Sequence record: NC_054922.1
Length of the DNA stretch: 64,000 nucleotides
DNA from: Escherichia phage vB_EcoM_KAW1E185
Direction: 5' to 3' (one strand)
Positions within the stretch are counted from its first letter, which is position 1. Every line of letters begins with the position of its first letter. Positions 10,492 to 19,346 of the stretch are shown here, one piece after another. Made by a program: the position numbers and the translations under genes. The notes beneath the pieces were generated by a model. It was given only the letters and a program-made list of their open reading frames with translations, was not told the origin of the DNA and searched no databases.

Positions 10492-10799
10492 CGTAAATTC
10501 CCTGCAATTGGTATACTAACAATACGCCCAGTATCTAGAATTCGTTGATATAATCTTTGTGTATCTACATCAGGCTTAACATGTTTAACTTCTATTTTAT
10601 TAAACCAAAACTTGCGTGGAGTCTCAACTAGTCTTGGAATTCCCATACCTAAAGCTAGTCGATACTGCTCTTTAAGAGTAGTAAATACTTTATCAGCAAT
10701 ATTCCATTCAAAAAATACAGCAGGACGATGTTCATCAAGTGGAACTGGCGCTGTAAATCCGTCTTTGTCTCGGTAAACTATCGCATATACATAAACCAT
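10488..10799 (-). CDS. hypothetical protein (103 aa), dda.1 position
   Basis: ORF overlapping the dda start by 4 nt. Confidence 0.45.
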   Translation of the reverse strand: MVYVYAIVYRDKDGFTAPVPLDEHRPAVFFEWNIADKVFTTLKEQYRLALGMGIPRLVETPRKFWFNKIEVKHVKPDVDTQRLYQRILDTGRIVSIPIAGNLR

Positions 10800-10800
10800 A

Positions 10801-11547
10801 TTATCCTCGGATAAGTTTAAAAATTGAACAATTTAGCGGGTATCCTCTTTTCAGTTTAAGTTTATCAATAAAAGACAAATTTTGATACCGCTCTACACCT
10901 TGAATAATTTTATCACACATATCATATTGCATTTCTGCTTCTGACAGCTTTTTCACAATTTTCCAATCCGAGCCTTTAAGAAGAACGTTCAATTTAACAA
11001 CTTCAGCGCCTTCTGCTATGCGAGAACCATCAATACGTGCTTTAAGTGCTATAATCCTTAGCTTAATGTCAGAGGTCTGTTTTGATTTAGAAAGCTGAGA
11101 AATGTGTTCAATTCGGTTTTCACGTTTTTTCTGTATAGCTTTAATTTGATTATAAGTCTTTTTGATTTTAGCCCATTTCTTTTCATCTAAATTTAGTTTA
11201 TGAACTTTTTTCGCAGATGAACGACCAATTCGCAAAGCAAATAAATCACGCTTTTCAATCAACTCTTCTAAAGTATAATCAGAACGAAATGTATTATACT
11301 TTTTCTTTACTGCAATAACATTCCCTTTAATGTATCCAACGTTATTATCAAAACGTTCTAATGATAATTTCTCTCCTTCAACACGATTATCAAAAGGTTC
11401 TCCTGAGTAAGCACAAACTTTCTGATCTAAAATGTTCTTAATGTAATTGAAGTCTAAGTTAAAATCTTTAGAACGTCTTTTTGCAGATGCCTGGGTATGC
11501 TCTAGACGACGTTTAATTTTACGAATTTGGTTATTAGACAGCTTCAT
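10801..11547 (-). CDS. srd: Srd-like protein (248 aa); identity by position only
   Basis: 248-aa basic protein at the T4 srd position between dda.1 and modA; early promoter upstream. Confidence 0.4.
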   Translation of the reverse strand: MKLSNNQIRKIKRRLEHTQASAKRRSKDFNLDFNYIKNILDQKVCAYSGEPFDNRVEGEKLSLERFDNNVGYIKGNVIAVKKKYNTFRSDYTLEELIEKRDLFALRIGRSSAKKVHKLNLDEKKWAKIKKTYNQIKAIQKKRENRIEHISQLSKSKQTSDIKLRIIALKARIDGSRIAEGAEVVKLNVLLKGSDWKIVKKLSEAEMQYDMCDKIIQGVERYQNLSFIDKLKLKRGYPLNCSIFKLIRG

Positions 11548-11583
11548 ATTTTTCTCACATCTTACGGACGGTTAACTACTTAT

Positions 11584-11613
11584 ACTATAACATTTTTACT
11601 TTAACTTGTAAAC
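11584..11613 (-). promoter_or_regulatory. T4-type early promoter
   Basis: gtaaac 11608-11613; -10 TATAGT (plus strand actata 11584-11589); 18-bp spacer. Confidence 0.55.
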
Positions 11614-11627
11614 AACTTTATGAAAAA

Positions 11628-11652
11628 TGCTTTAAAACTTTCATGGTATAAT
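11628..11652 (+). promoter_or_regulatory. MotA-box middle-promoter-like element on the plus strand (TGCTTTA, 12 bp, TATAAT)
   Basis: tgcttta 11628-11634, tataat 11647-11652; would drive transcription antisense to modA. Confidence 0.3.
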
Positions 11653-11669
11653 GAATCTAAGTCCTTCCA

Positions 11670-12272
11670 TTATAGATTAAATCCTTCAAAATCAAGAGTA
11701 TAGATAGTGTATGTTGAATACTTTTTGTACTCATATCTATCTGCAATTCTAAATACACTTCCAGCTGGTATCATTACTTCTTGTTCATCTGAAACTAATT
11801 CCATATTACGATAACGATGGCTATCCGGAAACTTAAAGTTTGGATTGTATTCTTTACAGCGTAGAGCTTTTATAGCATACTCCTGGAAATTGAATACCAT
11901 AGGAGCTTTGAATTCAAAAATAACTTGTGTGTTATATTCTAAACCAGAAGCAAAATGTAGAGCTATATTTTTATCATATGAAGCTGATACTACTTTATCA
12001 AATGTAATAATATCAATTCCTTGATTTAATACTTGTTTAGTCTCAGCTGGAACACCTCTCCAAAGAGGTTTATCGTTTGGAACCAAACGAGATTTGATTA
12101 TTTCATTTAACCAAGTATGGTCATCTGGTTTGTTGGTAATACAATGAATTAAAAGTTCAATTTCAGATAAATTAAACCCTTCAGAAAGCAATTCTTCACG
12201 AATAGAAGCACGCACCGATGCATCCATTGATTTTATTTTAAAATCTTTTAGTTGCATTACTGAGTATTTCAT
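11670..12272 (-). CDS. modA: ADP-ribosyltransferase ModA
   Basis: 200 aa as in T4 ModA; R (LWRGV), S-x-S (SAS) and E-x-E (EQEVMIP) motifs. Confidence 0.75.
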   Translation of the reverse strand: MKYSVMQLKDFKIKSMDASVRASIREELLSEGFNLSEIELLIHCITNKPDDHTWLNEIIKSRLVPNDKPLWRGVPAETKQVLNQGIDIITFDKVVSASYDKNIALHFASGLEYNTQVIFEFKAPMVFNFQEYAIKALRCKEYNPNFKFPDSHRYRNMELVSDEQEVMIPAGSVFRIADRYEYKKYSTYTIYTLDFEGFNL

Positions 12273-12892
12273 TCAACTACCTCAATATCATAAACTTTAA
12301 ATGTTCCAAATGAATCGTGTAATTTTTCTTTTGAAATAGAAGTTATTTTATACTTTCCAATTGGAATCATCCATTCTTGTTCATGCACAATCATCATTAA
12401 GTTATCAGTACGCTCTGAATCTAATCCATCAGTATCTTCATATGTATACTTAAACTCAGTATTAGGAGAAGAAAGTATAATATCGCTGATATGGTCAGAA
12501 TAATTAAAAGCTTTATCAGTTTTTAAACGAAGTATTGTTTCAGTGAAATATTCAGCATAAGAAAAAGAACACGCTGTGTGTAAACTAGTAGTAAATGAAT
12601 CTACCCTGTTCGTTGAAAACACTTCTCCAACCTGTAAATCTTTAATAAGTTCTTTTGTCGATTTTGATATACCACGATATAATTGATAAGGCGATTTAGT
12701 TAAATGCTTTTTAATGATTTTATTCAACTGTCTGTGAAGAGCTTCATTCTTTTTGGCTTCCATACATTGCCAAAGAACAGACTGCTCGAAGTCAGTAAAT
12801 TTTTCACAGACTTTTTTATACATATCATATTGAAAATCAACGCTTTCAGCTTTTATAGATAACTGTTCAACATCTGCAGGATTAATAATCAT
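12269..12892 (-). CDS. modB: ADP-ribosyltransferase ModB
   Basis: 207 aa as in T4 ModB; paralog of ModA; 4-nt overlap with modA. Confidence 0.75.
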   Translation of the reverse strand: MIINPADVEQLSIKAESVDFQYDMYKKVCEKFTDFEQSVLWQCMEAKKNEALHRQLNKIIKKHLTKSPYQLYRGISKSTKELIKDLQVGEVFSTNRVDSFTTSLHTACSFSYAEYFTETILRLKTDKAFNYSDHISDIILSSPNTEFKYTYEDTDGLDSERTDNLMMIVHEQEWMIPIGKYKITSISKEKLHDSFGTFKVYDIEVVE

Positions 12893-12918
12893 GATAGCCT
12901 CCGTATACTTCAGAAGCT

Positions 12919-12948
12919 ATCATATCATCGTTAGAAAGGAAAGTAAAC
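12919..12948 (-). promoter_or_regulatory. T4-type early promoter
   Basis: gtaaac 12943-12948; -10 TATGAT; 18-bp spacer; upstream of modB. Confidence 0.5.
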
Positions 12949-12959
12949 AACTTTTTGAA

Positions 12960-13142
12960 TTATTTTGCCCAGGGAGCCCAAGGCGGAGGGTCAAGATGGT
13001 ATGAAGCTAGTTCTTCTAGAAGAGCATCTGGGGCTTCAATTCCATAATTCTGTAATACTATACGGTATTCTTTCTTATAATCACTAGAATCATTCTGGAT
13101 ATTCGTAGAATGATTATCTTCTAACATCTCAAATAAATCCAT
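12960..13142 (-). CDS. hypothetical protein (60 aa)
   Basis: ORF. Confidence 0.35.
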   Translation of the reverse strand: MDLFEMLEDNHSTNIQNDSSDYKKEYRIVLQNYGIEAPDALLEELASYHLDPPPWAPWAK

Positions 13143-13150
13143 ACTAATTC

Positions 13151-13621
13151 CTAGCGATAAAAACCAAATTGACGATTAGCTTCAATAATCTTTCTTTCTT
13201 CTTCGGACATTCTCCAACGTAGTCCAACATCAAAATGAGCCCAGACCATCTTAACAAATGCATTTATATCTTTAATATCTTCAATAATGAATGTTTTACT
13301 TTTAGAAGGTTGACTCGCTAATTTAACTTTATCGTCTTCAAACATGTCAAAAAGACCATATTCATGAGCTCTTTTATAGCCTTTAATAGTTAAAGCTTCG
13401 GAAGAAGAAAACGGTGAATCAGTATTCTGCAAAATATCTTCAGTATGCTTTATAATTAGAATAACATTTTCTGGATATTTTCTTTCTTTTATATCTTTAA
13501 TTAAAAAATCCGGATTTTCTGCTAAAGGAATAATTAATGAGCATTTTTTATCAAGTGTATTTACTGATTTACCTTCTTTGGACATAAATTCTATTGAATA
13601 TAATTTTGCTACTTCAATCAT
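13151..13621 (-). CDS. hypothetical protein (156 aa), mrh region
   Basis: ORF. Confidence 0.4.
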   Translation of the reverse strand: MIEVAKLYSIEFMSKEGKSVNTLDKKCSLIIPLAENPDFLIKDIKERKYPENVILIIKHTEDILQNTDSPFSSSEALTIKGYKRAHEYGLFDMFEDDKVKLASQPSKSKTFIIEDIKDINAFVKMVWAHFDVGLRWRMSEEERKIIEANRQFGFYR

Positions 13622-13778
13622 GTGATTTCCTTTTGCCTACTAATGGACCGTCAGGAATTTTATTTTCCTGGATATACTTCTCATTTTCTTCCATCATTTT
13701 ACTGCCAATTTTAAGAAGCAAATCCAAGGCTTCATTTGCTTTAGCCTTTGCCTCTTCTAACGTCATATCTTTGCTCAT
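13614..13778 (-). CDS. small protein (54 aa), coupled at both ends; below ORF-track cut-off
   Basis: own translation [54 protein letters not shown]; ATGA overlap with the upstream ORF. Confidence 0.4.
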   Translation of the reverse strand: MSKDMTLEEAKAKANEALDLLLKIGSKMMEENEKYIQENKIPDGPLVGKRKSHD

Positions 13779-13978
13779 GATTTATCACCATAGATGTCTC
13801 TCATCAATTTAAGCGCTGAGAGTTCTAATTTCTTTTCTTTCTCAGCACTAATCATTGATTTCATCCATTCTTCCGATTCGTTCTGCATTTCTTTATTTGC
13901 TTGTTCAACCCAACCATCATCAATATACATTGAGTTTGGTCTATTGAACCATTCAAGAATCTTCTTGAGAGCTTTCAT
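13775..13978 (-). CDS. hypothetical protein (67 aa)
   Basis: ORF. Confidence 0.4.
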   Translation of the reverse strand: MKALKKILEWFNRPNSMYIDDGWVEQANKEMQNESEEWMKSMISAEKEKKLELSALKLMRDIYGDKS

Positions 13979-14450
13979 TTATTTTACCTAAAACAATAGT
14001 AGGAGCATTGTCAAATTTATGAATTTTTAGCAAATTTGGATTTAAATTATTCCATAAAGAGGTAATAAAATATGATAGCGCACTTTCGTCCGTAATTATA
14101 AATTTATTTCCTTTATCTATTTTCCAATCATATATTGAATCATATGAATAGAAGGATAACGGTTTATTATTATAATATGCTTCAGCAACATCAATATAGT
14201 TAGATTTAGTAAATGCTTGAATTGCCATAAATGGAGAATTTTGTACAGTTTCAATAATTCCGATCTTTTTAAGTTTTATTTCAACATCTTCTGGAATTGG
14301 CATTGAAATAAAATCTTCTACTAGATACATGTTATTGTCATATCTTTTATCAATCATTACTGCTACGGTAATTGGAACATCCTTGACAAACGCCATACTA
14401 ATGCTATTGATAGACATTTCAAACAAAATTGCTTCCATAATTTTCCTCAA
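13953..14450 (-). CDS. hypothetical protein (165 aa)
   Basis: ORF. Confidence 0.45.
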   Translation of the reverse strand: MRKIMEAILFEMSINSISMAFVKDVPITVAVMIDKRYDNNMYLVEDFISMPIPEDVEIKLKKIGIIETVQNSPFMAIQAFTKSNYIDVAEAYYNNKPLSFYSYDSIYDWKIDKGNKFIITDESALSYFITSLWNNLNPNLLKIHKFDNAPTIVLGKINESSQEDS

Positions 14451-14788
14451 TCACAAGATGTAGATGAACAACTAGAATCACAAGAACTTCCACATGAATC
14501 GCCCGTCCATACATGAACAGGAACATTTGTATCATATGAATCAGAACTAGACTGTGTTTTCTGTGCATTAGATGATGTAGTAGGTGTTGACCAGCGCCAA
14601 GGATTTTTATAATATTCTTGGGCTTCTTCATAAGTCATAGTAACTGCTTCTACTGTTCCATCTCCCATATAAACATACTCAACTACAGTTAAAGGAAGGT
14701 AGTCATTTGAAATAGGAACTACACCTTCTCCGGGAGTTGTAGAGAAAAAATCTGTAAAGAAACTTTTAAACCAATTAAAGATAAACAT
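14447..14788 (-). CDS. hypothetical protein (113 aa) with Cys/Ser-rich C-terminal tail
   Basis: ORF ends ...[17 protein letters not shown]. Confidence 0.45.
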   Translation of the reverse strand: MFIFNWFKSFFTDFFSTTPGEGVVPISNDYLPLTVVEYVYMGDGTVEAVTMTYEEAQEYYKNPWRWSTPTTSSNAQKTQSSSDSYDTNVPVHVWTGDSCGSSCDSSCSSTSCD

Positions 14789-14994
14789 TACAAAAAGCCT
14801 CTCTTGAATTCGACTTGCTTTTCGCCATAATCATATCGAATTTCTGCATTAAATTCGACAGAACCATCTGCGTACATCATAAATGAATGAACAACAACTT
14901 CTGTAGACCATGGTTGCAGTTCATATTTCTTCATTACATGCCGTGAAATGATAATATCTAAATCTTCATTTGGTTTAATCCAACGATTTAACAT
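14788..14994 (-). CDS. hypothetical protein (68 aa)
   Basis: ORF. Confidence 0.4.
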   Translation of the reverse strand: MLNRWIKPNEDLDIIISRHVMKKYELQPWSTEVVVHSFMMYADGSVEFNAEIRYDYGEKQVEFKRGFL

Positions 14995-15064
14995 AGTGCT
15001 CTCCTCTATAAGATAATTCTATTATACCATACTCATTTTGATATGTAAACTGCAAAAACGAAAA

Positions 15065-15086
15065 AAGGAACCCCGAAGGATTCCTT
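15065..15086 (-). terminator. stem-loop downstream of soc
   Basis: aaggaacc ccgaa ggattcctt; imperfect stem with CGAA loop on plus strand. Confidence 0.4.
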
Positions 15087-15091
15087 AAATT

Positions 15092-15349
15092 TTAACCACC
15101 AATACCTGGAGTTGGCGTAACAGTCCAAAGACCTTCATTAGCAGTGATCCATTCAGTACGCTGATTTTCTTCATATACTGTAGAATATGCTGCTTTTTCA
15201 GAAGGGAATGTCTGATAATGAGCACCAGAAATTTTGTGAACATCAGAATAAAGAGGGAAAGCTACAGAAATTTCTTTACCCTGAATTGTACCACCATCAA
15301 CTGCTTGGTCAAATGTTTTGATATTAACATAACCGCGAGTACTAGCCAT
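15092..15349 (-). CDS. soc: small outer capsid protein Soc
   Basis: starts MASTRGYVNIKTF and contains EISVAFPLYSDVHKISGAHYQTFPSEKAAYSTVYEENQRTEWI as in T4 Soc. Confidence 0.85.
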   Translation of the reverse strand: MASTRGYVNIKTFDQAVDGGTIQGKEISVAFPLYSDVHKISGAHYQTFPSEKAAYSTVYEENQRTEWITANEGLWTVTPTPGIGG

Positions 15350-15365
15350 GTAATTCTCCTTTTAT

Positions 15366-15575
15366 TTAAATTACATGATTATTTATAATAAATTCTCGCG
15401 GAACGTTAAAATATCCGATTTTAGTTAATATAACAACATCACCGTTAATAATTACCGGAGAATAATCTTCTGGAGCATTAAATTTCCAATGGGCTCTAAT
15501 ATTATATCCATCAGAACCAAATGCTCGAGTAGCCGGTCTCCCGGCTTTTTGCCACGCGTAGAAATCAAATTTCAT
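15366..15575 (-). CDS. hypothetical protein (69 aa)
   Basis: ORF. Confidence 0.4.
   Translation of the reverse strand: MKFDFYAWQKAGRPATRAFGSDGYNIRAHWKFNAPEDYSPVIINGDVVILTKIGYFNVPREFIINNHVI
15380..15387 (-). promoter_or_regulatory. late promoter TATAAATA upstream of soc
   Basis: plus strand tatttata about 30 nt upstream of the soc start; soc is a late gene. Confidence 0.5.
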
Positions 15576-15766
15576 TTTGAATGCTCTATAATTAATTTTA
15601 AAGCTTCTTCACTGACAAAAATTTCGTCAGGACCTTCTATAACTTCAACCGTACGAAGTTGATTAGTTAAGAGCTCACATACGAGCTCCTTGTTATAATC
15701 TTTAAATAGCTGGTCAATACGTTTCTTATGGGCTTTCTTAAGCTGACGCTTATTTAAACGAGCCAT
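15572..15766 (-). CDS. hypothetical protein (64 aa)
   Basis: ORF. Confidence 0.4.
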   Translation of the reverse strand: MARLNKRQLKKAHKKRIDQLFKDYNKELVCELLTNQLRTVEVIEGPDEIFVSEEALKLIIEHSK

Positions 15767-16284
15767 TAATAACCTCGGTCTTGACGGGCGAAATTTTCGG
15801 CATTTTTCAGATAATAAAGTTTAAAGATTTCTTCAGCTGACATTCCAAGAGCAATAAATTTATTCATGAAAAAGTGAAATTGGTCAATCAGTTCAAATTT
15901 AATTTCAAGCTGATCTTCGGGAGATAAATCTTGAATTTTCTTGGATTGCATTTCAGAATAACGTTTCTTCCAAGGTTTCCATACAGCAGAAGCTTCTTTT
16001 TCACCATTACTCATACCACCAAGAGAAGTATATAGTTCGCGAGTTTCATCTGCGATATAATCGTCTTGGTTTCGCAACCAAGCAAGAACTTCTCCTGCGG
16101 TTTCAAGTGAATCAGGATGACGATTTGTTTCTGGTTTATCATTAGCCAAACGAATCTGTAAATGCCGCTGCATATCAAGCATAACCTGCAGTGGGTCAAT
16201 ATTGTGCATAATATTCTCAGCATATGCACGATTTGCTTTATCAACACCTTCGATCAAATGAGCACATTCATTAAAGTAAGCCAT
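15766..16284 (-). CDS. 56: dCTP pyrophosphatase (gene 56, MazG-like)
   Basis: 172 aa from the internal ATG with AAGGA Shine-Dalgarno (T4 gp56 is 171 aa); the ORF-track N-terminal extension looks non-coding. Confidence 0.7.
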   Translation of the reverse strand: MAYFNECAHLIEGVDKANRAYAENIMHNIDPLQVMLDMQRHLQIRLANDKPETNRHPDSLETAGEVLAWLRNQDDYIADETRELYTSLGGMSNGEKEASAVWKPWKKRYSEMQSKKIQDLSPEDQLEIKFELIDQFHFFMNKFIALGMSAEEIFKLYYLKNAENFARQDRGY

Positions 16285-16355
16285 TATTTTTCCTTTCAAT
16301 TCATGGGTTAGTAGATTAATTATACAATAAATATATAAAGCAATAAGGAGGACAT

Positions 16356-16556
16356 ATGGTACAAAAATTAATGGCACTTGTTGATGCCATAAAAGGTAAT
16401 AAAAAACGTATAGCTTTTACTATTTCTGCTATGGTAGGAATTTTACTCTGGAACTTTATTTTATCACCTGTTGCAATTGCACATGGTATTAATATTCCAG
16501 TAGTTACTCTTGATACATTCGTAGATTTAGCATTTGCTTTAGTTGGGTTAATTTAA
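16356..16556 (+). CDS. candidate plus-strand small hydrophobic protein (66 aa)
   Basis: ATG preceded by AAGGAGGA Shine-Dalgarno; product has two hydrophobic segments; sits between gene 56 and the gene 61 stop. Confidence 0.3.
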   Translation: MVQKLMALVDAIKGNKKRIAFTISAMVGILLWNFILSPVAIAHGINIPVVTLDTFVDLAFALVGLI

Positions 16557-17581
16557 GTCTTAGCATATTTAGATAGCCGCATTTTAGCCATCAACCCCTG
16601 GGCAATATTATTTTTCATATATTCCATAATTTGTTCAGGGGTTGCACCTTCCTTTCTAATCATATCATTAACATCTTTTGATTTCCAGGGAGATTTATCC
16701 CAAAACATAACCCTTTCTCCTGCATCAACTAATTTAGTCATTCGCTTGATAGTGTCAGGGTGACGAGGTTCATTATCTAAAACCCACACTCGTCTATCTT
16801 TAAATGGAACAACTTCTAGGTCTAATTGACCACCCGTAATAGCTATACCATTTTCAATAAAAAGCGAATCTATAGGTCCTTCTAGAACATATACATCACC
16901 ATCTTTAACTCGTTCGACTCCATATATTTTTGTTGCCTCAGGATAAGCTTTAATGGTGATATATTTTTGAGGAGCATCTTTCTTTAATGCACGTCCTTGA
17001 AAAGACTCAGCTTTTCCGTTAGCATTATAAATTGGAATAACAAGACGAGGCTCAGAAATTTCCTTTTTGTATGTTCCTGGTGCTATGCTATTAACTAATT
17101 TAGGCCATTCGGTTGTAAACCAAAGATATTTCCATTTATCCTTTGGAATACAACGAGCTTTTACATATTTTATAATTGGATGGTCTTCCGCCAGTTTATC
17201 TAATCTAACACATGACGGAAGAGATTTAATTATTTTCTTCTCAGGTCGCTTAGGAAGTTCTTTAGGTTTTTCTACTGGACGACTTTTACCTTTTTCTTTT
17301 CTTATTTCAAAGATATACTCACGATATAAATCAGGTTCAAACTCCTTTAAATATATTCCGATTGGTGCATGATAGTTACAGTTATAACAATGAATATTTC
17401 CTTCATTATTATCACCATAATACCATCCACGGGCTTTATTTTGGTCGGTTTTTGAATCTCCGCAAACAGGGCATCTAAACCGCAATTTAAAAGTTGAACT
17501 ATTATTTACTTGTGTGAATTTAGGTAAATGAGCTAATGCACGATACGCAAACTCATTATCAATCCAAGGTATTGATGACAT
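16553..17581 (-). CDS. 61: DNA primase (gene 61)
   Basis: 342 aa as in T4 gp61; zinc ribbon CPVCGD...CYNC; TOPRIM EGPIDSLF. Confidence 0.9.
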   Translation of the reverse strand: MSSIPWIDNEFAYRALAHLPKFTQVNNSSTFKLRFRCPVCGDSKTDQNKARGWYYGDNNEGNIHCYNCNYHAPIGIYLKEFEPDLYREYIFEIRKEKGKSRPVEKPKELPKRPEKKIIKSLPSCVRLDKLAEDHPIIKYVKARCIPKDKWKYLWFTTEWPKLVNSIAPGTYKKEISEPRLVIPIYNANGKAESFQGRALKKDAPQKYITIKAYPEATKIYGVERVKDGDVYVLEGPIDSLFIENGIAITGGQLDLEVVPFKDRRVWVLDNEPRHPDTIKRMTKLVDAGERVMFWDKSPWKSKDVNDMIRKEGATPEQIMEYMKNNIAQGLMAKMRLSKYAKT

Positions 17582-17583
17582 TT

Positions 17584-17748
17584 TTACTCTTCTTTTTCTT
17601 TAGATTCCTCTTTCTTCTTTTTAGGAATCTGTTCAGGACCTTTATTTACTACAGCACCTGACGTTGTTCCAGTAGAGATATTTTCAGGATTACCACCTGA
17701 ATCTCCAGCGACCATATCTTCTTTAATAAATTCTTTATATGTTTTCAT
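17584..17748 (-). CDS. small protein (54 aa) with capsid-targeting-sequence-like N-terminus; 61.1 position
   Basis: own translation MKTYKEFIKEDMVAGDSGGNPENISTGTTSGAVVNKGPEQIPKKKKEESKEKEE; resembles the internal-protein CTS MKTYQEFIAE. Confidence 0.4.
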   Translation of the reverse strand: MKTYKEFIKEDMVAGDSGGNPENISTGTTSGAVVNKGPEQIPKKKKEESKEKEE

Positions 17749-17749
17749 A

Positions 17750-17794
17750 TTAACCTCTATTCATAAAAGCATTAAAAATTTGGTCATCAATAGA
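17750..17794. repeat. 45-bp direct repeat, copy A (3' end of the 118-aa gene)
   Basis: ttaacctctattcataaaagcattaaaaatttggtcatcaataga; one mismatch to copy B. Confidence 0.8.
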
Positions 17795-18106
17795 TGGCGC
17801 AGTAATATTTTCTGCATCATTTAGCAAATCATTAATTTCATCAGATAGCATAACACATGTACCTTTATTTCCTGTAATTGTTACTGCACAATTACGAACG
17901 TTTTCTTTATCAAATTTTAGGTTAATATTTTCGTAGTGAAAATCCTTTAATGCTGAATATATTTTTAAAATGAAATTGTCTTTTACTACAATAAACCCAA
18001 CCTCACTATTAAAACGCGGTTCATGGAAACTGTAATAAACCTTTTCATCTATAAAATCGTATGAAATTTTTTCCATTTTTAAATATGAAAATTCAGAACT
18101 ATACAT
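17750..18106 (-). CDS. hypothetical protein (118 aa) sharing its C-terminus with the adjacent 208-aa protein
   Basis: ends SIDDQIFNAFMNRG. Confidence 0.45.
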   Translation of the reverse strand: MYSSEFSYLKMEKISYDFIDEKVYYSFHEPRFNSEVGFIVVKDNFILKIYSALKDFHYENINLKFDKENVRNCAVTITGNKGTCVMLSDEINDLLNDAENITAPSIDDQIFNAFMNRG

Positions 18107-18107
18107 A

Positions 18108-18152
18108 TTAATCTCTATTCATAAAAGCATTAAAAATTTGGTCATCAATAGA
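18108..18152. repeat. 45-bp direct repeat, copy B (3' end of the 208-aa gene)
   Basis: ttaatctctattcataaaagcattaaaaatttggtcatcaataga. Confidence 0.8.
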
Positions 18153-18734
18153 AACATTTGCTTTAGACTGTTTTTCTGATGGTAATTCATATCCACATAT
18201 TACAATTTTGTGATCAATATCAAAATACACAGAAGCAATATGATTAATGTTGTTTTCAGTAAAGTCTAAATCAACATCAATATCTTTTTGACCACAGCCC
18301 AAAGGATAAATAATGCGAGTAATTCGATTATCTTTAACAAATATTCCACCGACATACTCTGTGCTGCGTTTAAAGTCTACACGCCGACGAAATGAAAAAT
18401 ATTCAGGCTCTCTATGAGCTCGGCTCATAGGACACAACGAGTAACTAGAATAAGAGATGTCAAATCCTACGCCTTCGATATGAGCCAAAGTGTCATGATT
18501 AAACCAATTATAATCGTACGCCAAATCCATTAGATTATAATATGTAAAAGGCACCGGATTAACATCATTAGTCACAAGCATGTAATTAGCAACTGCTATA
18601 ATTTCATTGTTTTTAACGAATACAAACCGTGATTGATGCGAATGACCTGGACCCGCGTTTTCACGATTAATGATATAACACTGGGCACCTTTATATTTGT
18701 ATGTATCTTTGCACTTGTGCATTTGATAAAGCAT
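18108..18734 (-). CDS. hypothetical protein (208 aa), 61.2 position
   Basis: ends SIDDQIFNAFMNRD. Confidence 0.5.
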   Translation of the reverse strand: MLYQMHKCKDTYKYKGAQCYIINRENAGPGHSHQSRFVFVKNNEIIAVANYMLVTNDVNPVPFTYYNLMDLAYDYNWFNHDTLAHIEGVGFDISYSSYSLCPMSRAHREPEYFSFRRRVDFKRSTEYVGGIFVKDNRITRIIYPLGCGQKDIDVDLDFTENNINHIASVYFDIDHKIVICGYELPSEKQSKANVSIDDQIFNAFMNRD

Positions 18735-19027
18735 TATTCACCTATCACTTCAGCGATGATATTTTTATTATTAAAGTTTTTATCGCAATACAGAACATAA
18801 TTATACTGCATTACACCACCAGACTTAAGCTGTTTTTGCACTTCGGCTTTCATTTCAGGACGATCGCGCTCAACGATATTCATAATATCTGCTTCAATTT
18901 GAGTTTCAACCTCAGTCTGATCCGCAGTCATAGACCATTCACACAAATCTTTATCATATCCTGCCATAGCAGGCTGAGCAGCACAAGAAGCCAAAGTAAA
19001 AATTGTAGCAAAGATAAATTTTTTCAT
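18734..19027 (-). CDS. sp: spackle periplasmic protein (Sp)
   Basis: 97 aa with N-terminal signal peptide; size and position match T4 sp (61.3). Confidence 0.7.
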   Translation of the reverse strand: MKKFIFATIFTLASCAAQPAMAGYDKDLCEWSMTADQTEVETQIEADIMNIVERDRPEMKAEVQKQLKSGGVMQYNYVLYCDKNFNNKNIIAEVIGE

Positions 19028-19055
19028 GATAATCTCCTCAGTAGTTTATGTTTAT

Positions 19056-19085
19056 ATAGTATCTCAATTTCCAATAAAAGTAAAC
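19056..19085 (-). promoter_or_regulatory. T4-type early promoter
   Basis: gtaaac 19080-19085; -10 TACTAT; 18-bp spacer; upstream of sp. Confidence 0.55.
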
Positions 19086-19087
19086 AG

Positions 19088-19345
19088 TTATTTTAAAATT
19101 TCTGCGTAATCACATGTTACAAACTGTTTCTCTAGCTTAACGATCTTACGAAAATACCTTTTACACTGACGAATCTGCCTCTTCGTAGGGCGAACAGCAA
19201 ACTTAATAAATTCCACTCGACCAAATGGAGGGTTTTCTTCTGCTGGAATATCTAACACCAATTCCCACGTATCTGCAATAAGTGCTTTGAATTGCGTATT
19301 TTTCCTGACGTTATACGGAGTAGGTTTAAATAAAACAATATGCAT
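19088..19345 (-). CDS. hypothetical protein (about 85 aa), 61.4 position
   Basis: ORF track 19088..19387; internal ATG just after the dmd stop is the likelier start. Confidence 0.4.
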   Translation of the reverse strand: MHIVLFKPTPYNVRKNTQFKALIADTWELVLDIPAEENPPFGRVEFIKFAVRPTKRQIRQCKRYFRKIVKLEKQFVTCDYAEILK

Positions 19346-19346
19346 A

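Noticed and set aside
10801-11547. HNH-type homing endonuclease call for the srd-position ORF
   Set aside because: A short ERFDNNVGYIKGNV stretch is reminiscent of HNH motifs, but no His-Asn-His triad or zinc-finger cysteines could be aligned; kept as Srd-like by position.
16011-16247. Minus-strand 78-aa ORF inside gene 56
   Set aside because: Alternative frame embedded entirely in a confidently identified gene.
16285-16377. N-terminal extension of gene 56 (ORF track starts at 16377)
   Set aside because: The extension is hydrophobic and runs through the promoter/RBS region; an internal ATG with AAGGA Shine-Dalgarno gives the T4-like 171-172-aa dCTPase.
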